A DNA stretch of 64,000 nt, taken from positions 9,631,352 through 9,695,351 of the forward strand of contig MU053934.1 of assembly GCA_013239625.1 (NCBI GenBank), given 5' to 3'. Positions 1 through 13,739 of the stretch are shown here, piece after piece (position 1 is the stretch's first letter; every line of letters begins with the position of its first letter). The notes under the pieces were generated by a model. The model saw nothing but the letters and a program-made list of their open reading frames with translations, was not told the origin of the DNA and searched no databases. This DNA comes from Lama guanicoe. Taxonomy: Eukaryota. The translations under genes were made by a program, and so were the position numbers.

Positions 1-570
1 TTCCGGTAGCTGACGTTTGCCACGTGACGTCTTTGCTCCCTCTGAAAACTCGCAGGGTCTGGGAGGCTGCCCTCTTTGTCCGGAGCGTTCTGGGTTTCCC
101 AGGGGCCTGCCTTGGCGCGGGTGCGTAGCCATCCGTTCTGTCGGGCCCCTGGGAATCGACGGCCTCCGTCTCTGAGGCCCGTCCTTGAGCTCGCTCGTGG
201 ATAACTTCCCCTGCGGTCGCCTCACCTCCCTCGCTCCAGGGTTTCTTCATCTGGGCGACTCTCGCCTCCCGGCCTGGTCCCCTCACTTTCTCCTCCGGCT
301 TCTCCCGCGTCCGTCTCCGTCTTTCCACTTTTGCTTCTGGGAGGCTACGGCCTTTGCCCCCGAACACTTCCCGCACGCTTGTGGTCGTGTCCAGAGGGGC
401 TTCTGGTCTCAGGATGCTCCTTTTCACTGCAAATTCTTCTCCTCTTTCTGAGGATATTAACGATGTTTCCCCTGGCTTTGTCGTTTTCTTCCTCCAGTGT
501 ATTGTTCCCTCTAAGCTGATTTTTATTAAAATTTTTTTCTTTAATTAAAAAATTTTTTAAATTTCATTTT

Positions 571-686
571 TGAGGGGAGGGGTAATTAGGTTTGCGGGTT
601 TTTTTTTTAATGGCAGTACCGGGGATTGAACCCAGGACCCTGTGCATGCTAAGCAGGCCTTCTGCCCCAGAGCTATAGCCGCCCCC
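571..686 (-). mobile_element. tRNA-derived SINE (vic-1-like)
   Basis: Reverse of TATAGCTC...GGGTTCAATCCCC...AAACCTAATTACC. Confidence 0.85.
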
Positions 687-1692
687 TGATTTGTCTGTTT
701 GTCTGTTTGTCTGTTTCTTTCGTGTTAGAGGCCTTCCTCAGAAGTCTGGTATTTTGGGGGGGTGTCTAGTTTTAAAGAGAGGAACTATAAAGCTGACTGA
801 GGCTGTGGGCAGAGATGGAGATACTCATTTTAGACGTCCTTTCCGAGATCAGGCTGGGCAGGGAGGGATGGGCTCCTGATGGGCTGGTCATTGGTATCTT
901 TAAGTCTCCCTTCTGAAGTGGAAGATATTTCCAGATATTTCAATCCTCTGCTTGGGGGGGGGGAGGGAGGGAGACCTCGAGCCCCCAGGGTTCCGGGAGG
1001 GAGAGGAGAGCAGGCTGGGGTGTCCGCGTTCCAAATGCACACTCGTGCTGAATCCCCTTTGCTGGTGGCACTCTGCCTCCGCCATGCCTGCTGGCCGCCC
1101 GGTGCGCATCCCGGTTCCCAGTTCCCAGCGGCTGCAGGAGCATCCAGTTCCTGTGTAGGCGGATGGGGGAGAGGATTAGGGCCGCTGCTCAGAGCTGCTG
1201 CCCGCCCTCCTGCTGTAGCCCCAGATGTGCCCCTGCCTGGCCACCCGGTCCCCCAGTTCCTGAGTGCTTGGACTCTGCAAGATGAACCTCACGGTTCCTG
1301 CCGTTCCCAGAGTTGGTTTTGCATCTCTGCTCCGTCCTCTGCCTCCATCTCCTTTCCAGCCTCCAGCTGTTTCTGCCCTTGTCTCCCTGCCCCTGTCTCC
1401 CAGCCCCTCTCTCCCAGCCCCTCTCTCCTGCACGGATTTATACCTTTTGTTTTTAAAAGCTTTGCAAAGGGGATGCAGAAAAAAGTGAAATTAAGTGCGT
1501 ATGATTCACCACGCCATCTCAAAATCTTCCTCTCTTTTTATAGATAAGAAATGGAGGCTCAGGGACTTTGTAAATTAGCTCATTGTTACACAACTCATAC
1601 AAAGCGTTGACAGTTTCAACTGACTCCAGAACCTACACTTCCTAATCATGGGGCCAAGATGAAATTTTGAATTAAAAAGAAGGTTCTGTAGC

Positions 1693-2312
1693 AAGAAAGA
1701 TACATGCACCCCAATGTTCACAGCAGCACTATTTACAACAGCCAAGATGTGGAAGCAACCTAAACACCCATCGACAGATGATGGATAAAGAAGCTGTGGT
1801 ATATTTATACAGTGGAATACTACTCGGTCATAGAAAAGAACAAAGTAATGCTATTTGCAGCAACATGGATGGACCTAGAGATTATCATACTAAGTGAAAT
1901 AAGTCAGACAGAGAAAGACAGACATCATATGATATCACTTATATGTGGAATCTAAAAAAATGACTTATATGTGGAATCTAAAAAAATGACTTATATGTGG
2001 AATCTAAGAAAATGAACTTATTTACAAAACAGAAAGAGACTCACAGGCATAGAAAACAAACGTAACGTTACCAGTGGGGGGAGGGTGGGAAGGGATAAAC
2101 TGGGAGTTTGGGACTTGCAGATACAAACTCCTATATATAAAACAGATAAACAACATGATCCTACTGCGTAGCACAGGGAACTATACTCAATATCATGTAG
2201 TAACTTCTGATGAAAACAAATATATATGCGTGTGTGTGTGTAACTGAATCACCACACTGCACACCAGAGATTAACAACATTGTACATCAACTATGCATCC
2301 ATTAAAAAAAAA
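1693..2312 (+). mobile_element. 5'-truncated L1 3' end, relatively young
   Basis: GATACATGCACCCCAATGTTCAC...GCAACATGGATGGACCTAGAGATTATCATAC; polyA tail. Confidence 0.85.
1937..2014 (+). repeat. 26-bp tandem repeat x3 inside the L1
   Basis: ACTTATATGTGGAATCTAAAAAAATG three times (one mismatch in the third). Confidence 0.9.
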
Positions 2313-4359
2313 AGTGTTCTGCAAAGCTGAGCTTCTGCTTAATTTCTGAGTGTGGTGACTGGGTTTCTCCTGTGAAACCCTGCAGTCTCTCCGTCTGCAG
2401 TCCTCGGCGCTACCTCGGCGCCTGTCTTCCGGGGCGATTACTGGTGAACGTGCTTTATCCTCCACTATTCCCCCAGCACTTGGGAACTCCTTAAGAATAA
2501 GAGCTATGTCCTAGTCAGCTGTCTCCCCAAAATGCCTAATGCAGGCTGCACACAGACCAATAAAGCCAAGGAGAAACCGTCGGTTGGTGGCTATAGAAAT
2601 GGGTGGTAATACTGTAGGTCAGTTGCCTAAATAGAGGTCCTGAAGAGGAGAGGTCTTTTCTTTCCCCGTCTCGCTATCCTCCTGGAGAAGGATGAAACCA
2701 GTGGGAACAGTACACTACTCCCCCAGGTTTGGCTTTTTCCTTTCCTGCGGCTCGTTGGCCGGAGAGCAAACGCACAGGATGGGGATGGGTTGCATCCACT
2801 GGAAAAGCAGAAGGCAGAAAACGCTGAAGACCTGATACACGCGGGCGTGCTGAGCCTTAGCGTTATGTATGGAAGTGTCCATAGACGGCTTTCACGCTGC
2901 GGGCAGTCGCGCCCCGTCAGCACAGCTGTTCTCCTGAGTGCGTCTGTGGAGGGGCCGGCTTCCCAGCCGGTGCTGGGGGCCGAGGGGCGCGGGAGGGCCT
3001 TTCCTCTCTCTTCAGAAGCGTCTGGAATTTGCCGTTTCTCATCATGTCGGGGACAGCGGGAGACCGCTTCGTGCTGAGTTCCCTCGCTTCGGAATTCTGT
3101 GTCGACCCTGTCGCGCTCTCCCATTGCTGCTCCTTGTCAGACTCTGAAGACAAGGGAGGGTGTTCAGGACGTGTCTGCTCTGGCCGAATCCATCCCTTCG
3201 ATGTAATCTGAAAACGGAAGGGGAACGTTGAAGGAGAAAGGCTGGAAAAGGGACACATTTCTCTATCAACTTTATCAAATTATAAAAACAAAATTAACCT
3301 CCGGGATAGAGAACTGCACCAGAATAATTCTCTTGGTTACGCTTGGTCTAGAGCAAATTTAGAATTCTGCTGAGTTGGCCCTTAGAAGTTAAAAATAAAG
3401 GGCAAGGGTCTTTGCTCTTTCCCTTAAAACTGGTACTGCTCTTTTTTCTGAGATGCTCTCCTGGGGAGAAATACATTCCTGGGCGGAATGCCATCGGTCA
3501 ACATTCAGTCATCTGCTTCCTGTTGTCTCATTTTTTTTCAGTAACATGAAGTCCTTCGTAGTCTCAGACACATGTTCTTTGTACTCATAGAATCGAATAT
3601 AAATGTTACCTCCTTTTCCCTTCCCTTTGTGGTTCAGCTCGGTGCATCCAAGGGGGTGTTTTGTGCAGTACATTTGAATAAGGCTCGGTCTTCTCTCTGA
3701 GGATGTGACAGTCTGGGGAAGACCAGCCAGGCAGAGGGAAGGGCGTGATCGAAGCATCAAAGCAGCGGTGGGCGGGGGGAGTGGGGATTCTCAGAAGGAA
3801 TGACGGGGGTGATCGGACACGTGCCCGGGGCTCCGCAGACGCTTGGGACGACCTGCACATGGATGCTGTTGACCCCGATTCAGCGTTGCTGGACTGCGCT
3901 GCGGCTCAGGTATCCAGGGTCACTCAGAGCCGTCTCGCCCTCTCCCCGAGGACAGGCCTGCTTCTGCCCTGGGTGCTGCTGCTGCTGCGAAGCGTGCAAG
4001 GTGATGTTGTTGACATGGTCAGCACCTCCCGGAGGAGGAGAGGACCTGCACAGGGGCCGTGTGTCCCTCAGACACCGGGACCCCGTGCACGACTGGATTA
4101 GTCGTCCTTCTACCTCCACAGGCTCTCTCCACCCTGGAAACCCGTTCTCCTCTTTATATTCCAGATTTCGTAGATGTCGCCTCACCCCCCAGGTCCCTAA
4201 GCCAGAGAGCAGGTTTATCCCAGGCTGTGTCCCAGTTCAGTCAGCTGCCAAAGTCAGCTCCCGAGGGTGACGCTACCTCTTACAGGGGCAGTTACTGCAG
4301 CCTCATAAGGAGTCTTGATGCTTCTTGTCTTGTCTCCTTTACATCTTTATGTTTGGGGT

Positions 4360-4492
4360 GTTTTTTGTTTTTGTTTTTTTTTTTGGCAGGGAGGTAGTTA
4401 GGTTTATTTATTTTACCGAGGGTACTGGGGATTGAACCCAGGACCTCGTGCGTGCTAAGCATGTGCTCTACCACTGAGCTATACACTCCCCC
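4360..4492 (-). mobile_element. tRNA-derived SINE (vic-1-like)
   Basis: A/B-box SINE body plus T-rich tail on +. Confidence 0.85.
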
Positions 4493-4984
4493 TGTCTGGT
4501 CTCCTTTAAATCTAGATTTCACCCTGCTGCCGCGACAGTCCTGAAGCACATCTCAGCACGCTGCGCTCTGGCCCAGCGCCCCTCCATGACTCCTCTTGCT
4601 TCCAGGGCAGAGTCCACACACTCCTTAGCATGAGCAGTAACGCACCTTGACCGGCACTGCCAGCCTCTCCCACGTCTGCATCCTCCTCCCACTTCCCCCT
4701 GTGCTGCATCAACAGTGGGGCTCCCCCCTCATCAGAGGCAGGGCTCATTTCCCCGCCCTGGGACATGAGCTTCCTCCTGACATGCTCTGACCCACAGAGT
4801 GTGGCTGAAGTGACGTAGAATTTACGTCTTGCAGTTTCTGCACTCACTCTCTTGGAAGATTGGTGCACCTGCAGAAGCCTGGGCTGGCCTCCGAGAGGAC
4901 GAAAGCCCCCATGGGGAGAAGGGGCCAGCCCACCGCCAGCACCCACCTCCACCAGCCCTCCAGCCACGGCTGCCAACTGGCTGC

Positions 4985-5110
4985 AGAAGACCCGTCCCGC
5001 TGAGCCCAGCCCAAACTGCTGATCCACAGAGCTGTGAGCAAATTGTAGCAGTTGTAGTTTCGAGTCACTGAGCTCTGGGGCTGTTGGCCGCGTGGCGACG
5101 CGGAACTGAC
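4985..5110 (+). mobile_element. MaLR (MLT1-like) LTR 3' fragment
   Basis: CCCAGCCCAAACTGCTGATCCACAGAGCTGTGAGCAAAT resembles MLT1 ends. Confidence 0.5.
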
Positions 5111-5959
5111 CCGGCTGTCCCGGAGTGGAACGTCCAGCCCTGCTCAGCCCCTTGCTCAGTGGTGTTCCAGGTCATCTCTGCATGTGGACTGTGCCCTTTT
5201 CATAGAAATGCCCCTTACCCTTCTTTCTGTCATTTTTTTCTGCTGCCTTTCTTTCCAGTCACCTTTTAGGATTCAGCTTGGGTGTCCCTTCCTTTACGGA
5301 GCCTTCCTGGACCCTCAGAACCCCCCGTGACGTCACGCAGCCTCCCCGCCACTTGTTAATTTCACTGTCTGCACCTCCCAACTGCATGGCGGCTTTCCTC
5401 CCTGCGCCCCTGCATATCCTCCTGTCAGTGGGGCCAGAACTACCCACCCTGGCCCCCCATGGGACCCACTAAAGCCAGCAGTGTGGTGACTGTTACCGAG
5501 GGGCTGGCCCCAGGGGTGCTCAGTGAATACTGTCTCCCTCCCTGCCCTGTTCCCGGCTCCACACCCGCTGCCCTGGGGCTGTGGGTCCCTGCAAGGTGTC
5601 CTCCAGGGGAAGGCACCATCACGAGCTCAGGGGGACTCAGGGTTCGTGAAGTTCGTAAGACATGGTCTCCCATCCCAGCGGTGACCACCACTTAGCTCCC
5701 GGAGGCTCAGCCTTAGCACGTCTGCCTGTTGCGTGTCTGATGTGTTTCTGCCAAAACCCAGCAGGCCCTCCTTGTTGGGGAGTGTGTCCTTCAGCGCTGC
5801 GACTGTCGAGGCCCCTGGTCCTCTGTTGCTGCTCCATCGTCTGGCCCTGGTCATCTCCGCTGCTGCTGGTTCCGTCTATACTGGGTCAGAGCTTTTGTGT
5901 GATGAATATGAATTTCATTTCCGCTGACTTTTTTTTAAATTCCTTTTTCATTTTTTAAA

Positions 5960-6105
5960 AATCAGTTTTATTGTATTTTTTATTTTGTTTGTGTTGGGGG
6001 AGAGGTAGTCAGGTTTATTTATTTTTTCGCGGCGGTACTGGGGACTGAACCCAGGACCTCGTGCAGGCTAGGCATGCGCTCCGCCGCTGAGCTCTGCCGT
6101 CCCCT
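5960..6105 (-). mobile_element. tRNA-derived SINE (vic-1-like)
   Basis: Same family motifs, reverse strand. Confidence 0.8.
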
Positions 6106-6551
6106 CCGTCGACTGTCCTTTTTTGTGGCAAGCTTCTCTCTCAGGTTTCACGGCGCTGACGCTGAATGTATCCAAGTTGCAGCTTTGTGGATTTACTATC
6201 CACAAAGGTAAGCTGACATTTAGGAACGGGAAGCCTGTTTTCAGGACAATGGGAAGGCGCGCTGGGTTTGCAGCGGCTGTGACATGCACTGTCCCATCGT
6301 GTGACCTTCGTGTAAAGCTGCAGGGCGTCTTCTCGGAAGGGCTGGGAACGTTCCTTCTGTGCCTTTCAAGGTAAACGTGTGAAGTCTCCCAGCCGCTCTT
6401 CTGGCCCCCACTTCCACGTGCCAAATTCTTGTGGTTGCGAAATTTCAGGCCTGCGGCATCGTTAGGAAAGATCTGGACAGCTCCAGTCAAACCTATGCTG
6501 AGTGCAGACGGTTGATGATGTGTTTGATTTAACTCATTAAAATACATAGTC

Positions 6552-6666
6552 TGGGGGGAGGGTCTTGCCCAGCATGCACGAGGTCCTGGGTTCAATCCCC
6601 AGTGCCTCCTCTAAAAATAACCCCCCTCAAAATTAATAAATAAATAAAATTTTTTTTAAATGAAAT
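6552..6666 (+). mobile_element. SINE (vic-1-like) with internal deletion of the A-box region
   Basis: B-box GGTTCAATCC present; flanked by TSD AAAATACATAGTC. Confidence 0.85.
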
Positions 6667-8401
6667 AAAATACATAGTCCCTCATCTCCTTACCATTGTT
6701 TACTCCAGTAGTTTTTCCTTCATCCTAAATGTGTTTCCTAGGCATTTTCTATACTTACTTGGTTAACCTGTTAATCATTATGCAGGTGGTAATGATTAAT
6801 CTGTTTCAGTGAACTTCTGGTGCTGGGTGAAGGTGCAGAGGGCTTTTTAGCATTCTTTTGTTTATTTTGAAATGTTTTAAATCCCAGCCTAACAAGTTAA
6901 GCCAAAAAGCGTCTAAATAGTATATGTAGTATCTAAAAAATGTACAGGGAAGAATAAAGAATCTGACAAGGTAGTGAATTAGAATTGGTGGAAAACAGAC
7001 AGAATTCTTTGTCTGAGAGCTGCTTATCTGCTACATAAATGGTACTCCTTTGACAAAAGTCTTGTCCCTTTAAACCACTCAGTGAAGTCTGATGAGACTT
7101 AATTTAGCAAAGGAAGACGTATACAGGTTTCTCTAAGGTGGCATCGTCAAGCATGGTGAGCAATAACCTGAGAGGTTTTGCAGTACAGTGAGAACTGAAC
7201 GCAGGAAGACACAGTAGCAAAGGAATGAGAAGACTGAGGTTTGTAACCATGTATCTGGACCCTTGGGAGTCAAACGTAAGTTCCGAGGATGAGAATTCCT
7301 GCCCAGTTCCATTGGTTCTTTTTTCTTGACTATCTGATTTCGCAGCCTGTAAACATGTTTTGACAGTGAACTGTTATTTAATAATTTAAGAGGACCTTTG
7401 CAGAAGGTCTTCGAGGTCCAATGTCAGGGATGCAGAGATGGGCAAGATACAAAAATGCCCTCGGGAGCCAGCCAGGAAGTGATTTCCCTTAGTATTTTAC
7501 TTCCGTCAGATGGTGAAGCCTCTTTACTCTTTCCTCCAAGCACTTGATTTGTTTTATCTCAGGACACTTCGTCTGCTGCTTCCAGGGCAGAGTCACACTG
7601 ATGACCCGTCCACGCCTTGCTGAGCAGTTGTGTTAAGTGCCGGTTGGCTGCGCGGGCCGTGGGCACAGTCCTCTTCCTCGGGACACAGGTGTTGATAAGC
7701 AGATCCCTGCCCCGTTTGCAGCTTGCTTTCCTGCCGACTTGGATCTTGTCATTCGCTAATATGCTTAGATTTCTTTTGTTTCCTCTCTCGTGCTTTGCTT
7801 TTAAGTCCCCACAATGATTATGATTCACTCTGCAAATTTCTGATCACTTTCCCAAGGTAGACCCACTCTGACTTCTGTGCTAAGTGGCCTTACGTTTTGT
7901 GGTCTTTCACGCACTGACCGTGTGTGCCGTTCTGGGTGATCTGGGCTGTAAAGGCTGATGCAGAGCGGGGATGAGGCCCCAGGACCTTCACCTGGGGAGC
8001 AGGGAAGGACGTCGTGAGCCTGCGTCTTGTGCCAGCCTCAGCCGAGCTAGAGGAATGGAAGTGGAACTCCTGCAGCATCGCAGGATTGGGCCGGAAGCAT
8101 GGATACAACGATTAGCAGAACCTCCCAGGAGACGTACAGTCCAGTGGGGACAAGTGAAAATTTCCAGCACCGTGAATAATGAGGGCTGTGTCAGAACCGG
8201 CCCGAGGTGCTGGGGGAGCCCAGAGCAGAGTGTGCCGGGCCCTCCTTGGCTTCGCAAACTCAGGGCTTATTACGCCATTAGCAACTCATTTTAGCCTGAT
8301 CTTCCGGTTGCATCATCTAAGAGTTGGTGATGAGGAAGATTCCTTAAAATTAAGGTTAACAATTAATGGTAAAATTCTTTAAAAAAGTGTTTTTAAAAAG
8401 A

Positions 8402-8530
8402 GGGCGGAGGTTGTAACTTAAGTGGTGGAGCACGTGCTTAGCATGCATGAGGTCCTGCGTTCAATCCCCAGTCCCTCTATTAAAACAAACAAACCTAATT
8501 ACCTCCCCATTAAAAAAACATTAAAAAGAA
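8402..8530 (+). mobile_element. tRNA-derived SINE (vic-1-like)
   Basis: AGTGGTGGAGCACGTGCTTAGCATGCATGAGGTCCTG...AAACCTAATTACC. Confidence 0.85.
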
Positions 8531-10659
8531 AATTCTTCCGGTGTGTTCACCTGCCCTGTGTTTGGGGGACATAAAGCCACTGTAGGATCCTCTGCCCTTC
8601 CCTCCTTCCTTCCTTCCTTCTTTCCCTCTTGCCTGTATCTTTCCCCCACAGTGTTCTGTAGTTTTCACGTGGCCTGCTTCATCATTCTCAAAGAAATGTT
8701 CTGACTCCTAGGTGCTCTGCGGAAGGCAGACTGGTAGCATCACGTCTGAGTTTCTGACACACAGAATGCGGCTCTAACATCTAAACTGGGGGGGAAAGAA
8801 GGTGCACCGAGAAGCCGAGCGGGTTTCAGGATTACCCAGGAACGGTGGGATCATACAGATGCCGCCTCTGCCCGACCCAGGCCTTACTTCCTTTCCTCAA
8901 CAGCCCTCTGCCCTTGCCCTCAGCTCTCTCTGCTAGGAAACCAGAGGCCTGTTTAAGGCCCACCTGCATCCTCTCCTTATTTCTCGCCTCCTGGGCCATC
9001 CTGGGAGCTGCTGAGAAAACAGGTGGCTTGTGGTGCCTCTTCCTCCCTCCAAAGCACTGGGGGACGTAGGACATCGGGCACAGGACACAGTAACTGGCGT
9101 CTGGTTGCCCGGCTCCATGAACTGGGCAGTGGCTGTGTTCTGTGAGTTTTAGAGACAGGGATTTCCCGGGATCTCCTGGCTCCTGGGCAGAGGTGACAGC
9201 AACGTTGGGGGAGCCAGGTGCCGGAGCCCGCCAGGAACCGCAGGCCGGCGGGGCTGGACGTGTTCAGCTCTACCCAGGGGACGCATTCAAAGGACATAGT
9301 CCCTGATCTGCTCTGGCTGGAAGCAAGTGGGGCCAGAGTGTCCAGTGATCTGTGCAAAGGCCGGTCCTCCGGGCGGAGTTCACGGTGTGGCCTCACTCCG
9401 GAGGGATCGTATGAAGGTCTTCGTGAACAGGAACTGATGTTTCTCTACATAAATCTCAGGTATCAATTTCAGGCAACTGGAAAGTAAAATGATAAGATCT
9501 CGGATTCCCTGCATGTGATGACAAGGACACTAACATCCTTTTGTCATCAAAGATCAGTTGCCCCCATTCTGAGGCTCCCGGCTGGAAGACAGAATATTTG
9601 CAGGAATAAAAGGCGGCTGTCCACGTTGAGAATATGATGAGATGGAAGAGGTGGCAGTCACGGCCCCATCGGTAACACAGCCTCTGCCCGGCTACCGGGT
9701 ATTTATCAGGCTGAACTTCACGGTTACGTTAGTAAGTTAATGACTGCAGTTGGAAGCAGTTTATAAAATATCTTACTTGCCATGGGAAGAAATCTTCCTT
9801 CAATTATGATGAAGAATAAAATATAGTAGGAAAAAAATGCCCAGATTCACAGCCCAATTACACTAACAGATTCTAGAGGAAGTCTTCTAAGTCTTATGGA
9901 AGGTTCATGATTCTCTTTTATTTTTCCTTGTGTGTTGCTGTCGGCTGTGGCCACTTACTGTCAGAATTCCAAGCATGGGATGTGAATTTCACCAAAGACA
10001 TGTGAGCTGTAGCCACTTTTCATTTCCAGAGGGAGCTGCGATTCATTCATCTTTGCACTTAAAGCTGCTGTTGACTTTCAGCAAGGCTGAAATGGGACGT
10101 GTTTTTACGCAAGTGCATTCTGTGAGTTTGCTTTGGCGGCGTATTCTCAGTCCGTCAGAGAGCCTGGCCTTCTGTGGTCTTGGCAGGGTGGCAGCCACCT
10201 TGCGGTGAGCCCTGGCCGCTGTTGCTGGCCTGCACCTCCTCTGGTCCTGTCCCAGGTGTGAGCTGTGGGCTTCATTTCAGATAGGAAAATAGTTCCAGGG
10301 CCTAAATGTCACCTCGTCAGCCTTGCTGGCAGTGAGTGACTTGGCTGGGCCTGGGGGGGGGGACCTGGAGCAGAGCCTCGGGAAGGCAGGGACGGGAGGG
10401 CAGTTCAGGGAGGTGGGTCTGGGCTTAGGCGCAGAGAACAGCACAGGGAGGTCTGGATGAGGCGATGGCCCGGTGCCACTGGTCACCACGGGGGTGGGGG
10501 CCGGTGACGAGGGCGAGACCGAGGAGACACGTCAGCAGGGCCCGTGTTGTGCGGAGGACCCTGGGCATGAGTCTGAAGGTCAGCGGAAGTGGTTTCGGAT
10601 GTTTGTGCCAGAGCGTGAAACCAGCCACTGCGGGAAGAGCCGCTGTTCTGACTGTCCCT

Positions 10660-11240
10660 GCACACGTTTGCTCCGGCTGCCGTAACAAAGTGCACAGACT
10701 GGCCCTTGAACAACGGAAACTTCTTTCTCGTGCCCCTGGAGGGTCCAAGTCCAAGATCAGAGCGTCAGCAGCTCTGGTTTCTCCCGGGGCCTCTCCCCTC
10801 GGCTGGCAGGTGGCTGCCTCTCGCCGTGTCCTCGCGTGGTCGCCCCCTGCCTGTGCGCACCCCTGCCGTCTCTTTGCGTGTGTCCTAATTTCCTCTCCTT
10901 GGAGGGACACCAGCCACATTGGATTAGGGCCCTGCTAAAGGCCCTCATTTTTTTTTAATTCTTGTTTTTTGCTGAAGTGTAGTCAATTTACAATGTGAGT
11001 TTCAGGTGTACAGCAAAGTGATTCAGTTGTACATACGCATACATTTTTTTTCAGTTTCTTTTCCTTTGCAGCTCATTATAAGAAGTTGAGTGTAGTTCCC
11101 TGTGCTGTACAGTAGATCCTCGTAAAGACTTCATTTTAATGCAGTTGCCTCTGTATTATCTCCAAAGACAGCCACATTCTGAGGTCCTGGGGGGCTAGGG
11201 CTCCCACATACGAATTTGGGGGGACACAGCTCAGCCTGTA
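10660..11240 (-). mobile_element. MaLR (MLT1-like) LTR split by an L1 3' fragment (~10948-11122)
   Basis: GCCGTAACAAAGTGCACAGACTGG...AAGTCCAAGATCAG; insert flanked by TAAAGGCCCTCATTT/TAAAGACTTCATTT. Confidence 0.7.
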
Positions 11241-11903
11241 TCCGCAAAGAAAGCGTTCTTCTGCTCGCTGGTGGAAACAGGCTAGTGCTGTCGGGGACTG
11301 GCCTGTTTAGATGTTTTTAACTCCACGATGTTCTTGTCTGGCGCAGTCATCTTTCAGCAGGACCTATGTGAGTCACCCACAGGTGCACGGAGGACACGGA
11401 ATATTGCTCCCAGTGTGCCCGCTGACCGCCCTTCCCTCTGCTCTCCCCAGACCCCTAGCTGAAACACACTGACCTGTCATTCCTAGAAGTACCCGCCTGC
11501 TTCCCTCTGAGGCTTTGCACCTGCCATTCGTTTTGCTGGAACCTCCCCCAAGACATCTGTACAGCTCCCTCCCTCATTCCCGCAGGTGTCTGCATCCCTG
11601 CTCCGCGAGGCCCTTCCCCAGCCTGCCGTGCGGAGCCGTGTCCACTCCCCTCCTCACGCCAGCATCGCTGTATCACCGTCAGACATTCCAGATGTGTCCC
11701 CCCCAGAAGGGGTGTTCCTGGACAAGGGGGACTTCGTGTCCTCTGCTGTTTTTTCTACCTGGGATACGACGGACTGAGCTCAGCACGTGGTGTGTGCTCG
11801 GTGACACAGGGGTGGCCTCCATCCTAATCAGCTCCGGCTCCTGAGTTATTTTCTTGTTTAAAGATTTTTATTTTCTTGGTGAGCTTATCAGGAGTCAAGC
11901 TGA

Positions 11904-11992
11904 GGGGGGTGGGCATAGCTCAGTGGTAGAGCACATGCTTAGCATGCATGAGGTCCTGGGTTCAATCCCCAGTACCTCCATTTAAAAAAAAA
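11904..11992 (+). mobile_element. tRNA-derived SINE (vic-1-like, short form)
   Basis: Intact A/B boxes; TSD AGTCAAGCTGA/AGCCAAGCTGA. Confidence 0.9.
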
Positions 11993-12177
11993 TAGCCAAG
12001 CTGAGGAAAGGCGGCCAACAGGGTTACTTTTTAGGTGGTCAGTTCAGGTGTGTCTTCACCGAGCAGTGATGCTTCTCTGCGGGGAAACCGCCGTCCCTGT
12101 GCGCCCGTTTCACCCGTTGCGTCTCTGTCGTCCCAGGAGGCTGGAGCCCACCCTGAGGCCAGCCCCGTCCCGCCAGG

Positions 12178-12385
12178 ATGGTGGACACAGAGAGCCCGAT
12201 TTGCCTCCTCTCCCCACTCGAGGCTGATGATCTGGAAAGCCCATTATCCGAAGAATTCCTGCAGGAAATGGGCACCATTCAAGACATCTCTCCATCCATT
12301 GGTGAGGACAGTTCCGGAAGCTTCAGCTTCACAGAGTACCAGTATTTAGGAAATGGCCCAGGGTCAGATGGATCCGTTATTACCG
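12178..12385 (+). CDS. PPARA: PPAR-alpha coding exon 1 (AF-1 region); exon probably begins at 12137
   Basis: [32 protein letters not shown]... is the PPARA N-terminus; 208 coding nt, GTAAGT donor at 12386, acceptor CCCAG ending 12136. Confidence 0.98.
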
Positions 12386-13739
12386 GTAAGTGTGCTGTTT
12401 CCCAGAAAGCTTTATTTCGAAATGTTTTTTCCACAGGGAAAATTGTCGTCTTTACCTGGAAAAGAAGTCACCTCTTTCTGCACGGAACTCTTCAGACATG
12501 ATAAAGCATTACACCCAGAGCCCCTGGGCCTTGAGATTTTTGGGGTGTGTCTTGCCTCTCACAGTATGCCTTCTTTTAAAAGCTGTACAGAAGTCAAATA
12601 ATGCTTCATATTCAGCTAAATGCCCTGAGTTTATAGCACTTTAAAGCAGAGAGACTCCTGCTGTAATAAAAATCCCTCTCTTTTATCGGGAAATGTACAT
12701 GAGCCCTCTTTCTACTGCCTTCACTGCGCTCAGAACCACATCCGACATCAGGCGAGGTGGATGCAAGGAAGTAACACGTGGGGTCCACCCAGGTAACCTC
12801 ACTGGGAGGGAGGGAACCATCCTTCGAGGCAGCATTTAACCCAGCCCAGGACGCTGTGCTGTAAATTGCACCCTTGACTTAAAGGCAGCTGCATCTGGGG
12901 TGGACTTGACTCCACCGTGCTTCTTGGCCACCGTGGGTCTTACTGGGACTGAAGAAGTCGGATTCAGACTCAGGAGGAGCGGTTGCGCTTGGCGTGTGGT
13001 TGTTGACTCTGAGTTTGGACCATTCGGGCTCTCTCGGGAAACAGAGAAGGCTCTCCGTGCGGCGTTTGGTGAACGGTGTCCGTGTTCTTTCCCCTCCTGG
13101 GCTCCCCCGCGTCAGGTTCTTGGTCTGCAGCACGTTTCCCCAGCTTGGTTCCTCCCGTTCCGTGAGGACGCTGTTCACGACTGGGCGCTGACTTGGTGAC
13201 GGTGGGAAAGGGGGCACCTCCCCTCCCTGGGAGCCACGTTCACTGGTGAACCCGTGTGTTTGGACCAGCTGCTCGAAACCCTGCAGGTGTGCGGGGGATG
13301 GACTTTTTTTTTTAACCAATTTAATGGAATGTGTCTGTTTTTTTTATCAGAGGCCATACATCGTGAACTTTGTTGACGATGGATATTTTTGTATTTACAC
13401 AAATATTTTTGAGTTTTGTTCTGGGATGCAGTTAAAGCACTCGGAGAATGTTGATCCTTGCAGGTCCTGTGGTTAAGCTTTGTTAGATGGGGCCATAACA
13501 GTGTTGATTCTAGAGGTAATTTTGTTCCACTTCTGAGGCAAAACCCTTTTGAGTGTGTTCCCCAGTGCCCTAAGGATTTGGAGCTTCTCCATCATGAGTG
13601 GTGGTCATGGGACTGCCTCTGAGTCCTCAGTCTTGTTCCCTCTGAGTGTTTCAGAGTATTTCAGTGTATACTAACCTATGTATATACACGTCTGTGGATT
13701 TTTTTTAAGCATTTTATTGCTTCATCTCTTTTTTCCTCT

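Noticed and set aside
1937..2014. CRISPR-like direct repeats
   Set aside because: Head-to-tail with no spacers, inside an L1 in a mammalian genome; a slippage duplication.
11904..11980. tRNA gene calls for SINE heads
   Set aside because: Many diverged copies with A tails and TSDs identify them as SINEs, not tRNA genes.
1..12136. Upstream non-coding PPARA exons and nuclear-receptor response elements
   Set aside because: They probably exist, but isolated splice-like or AGGTCA-like motifs cannot be told from background without transcript or ChIP data.
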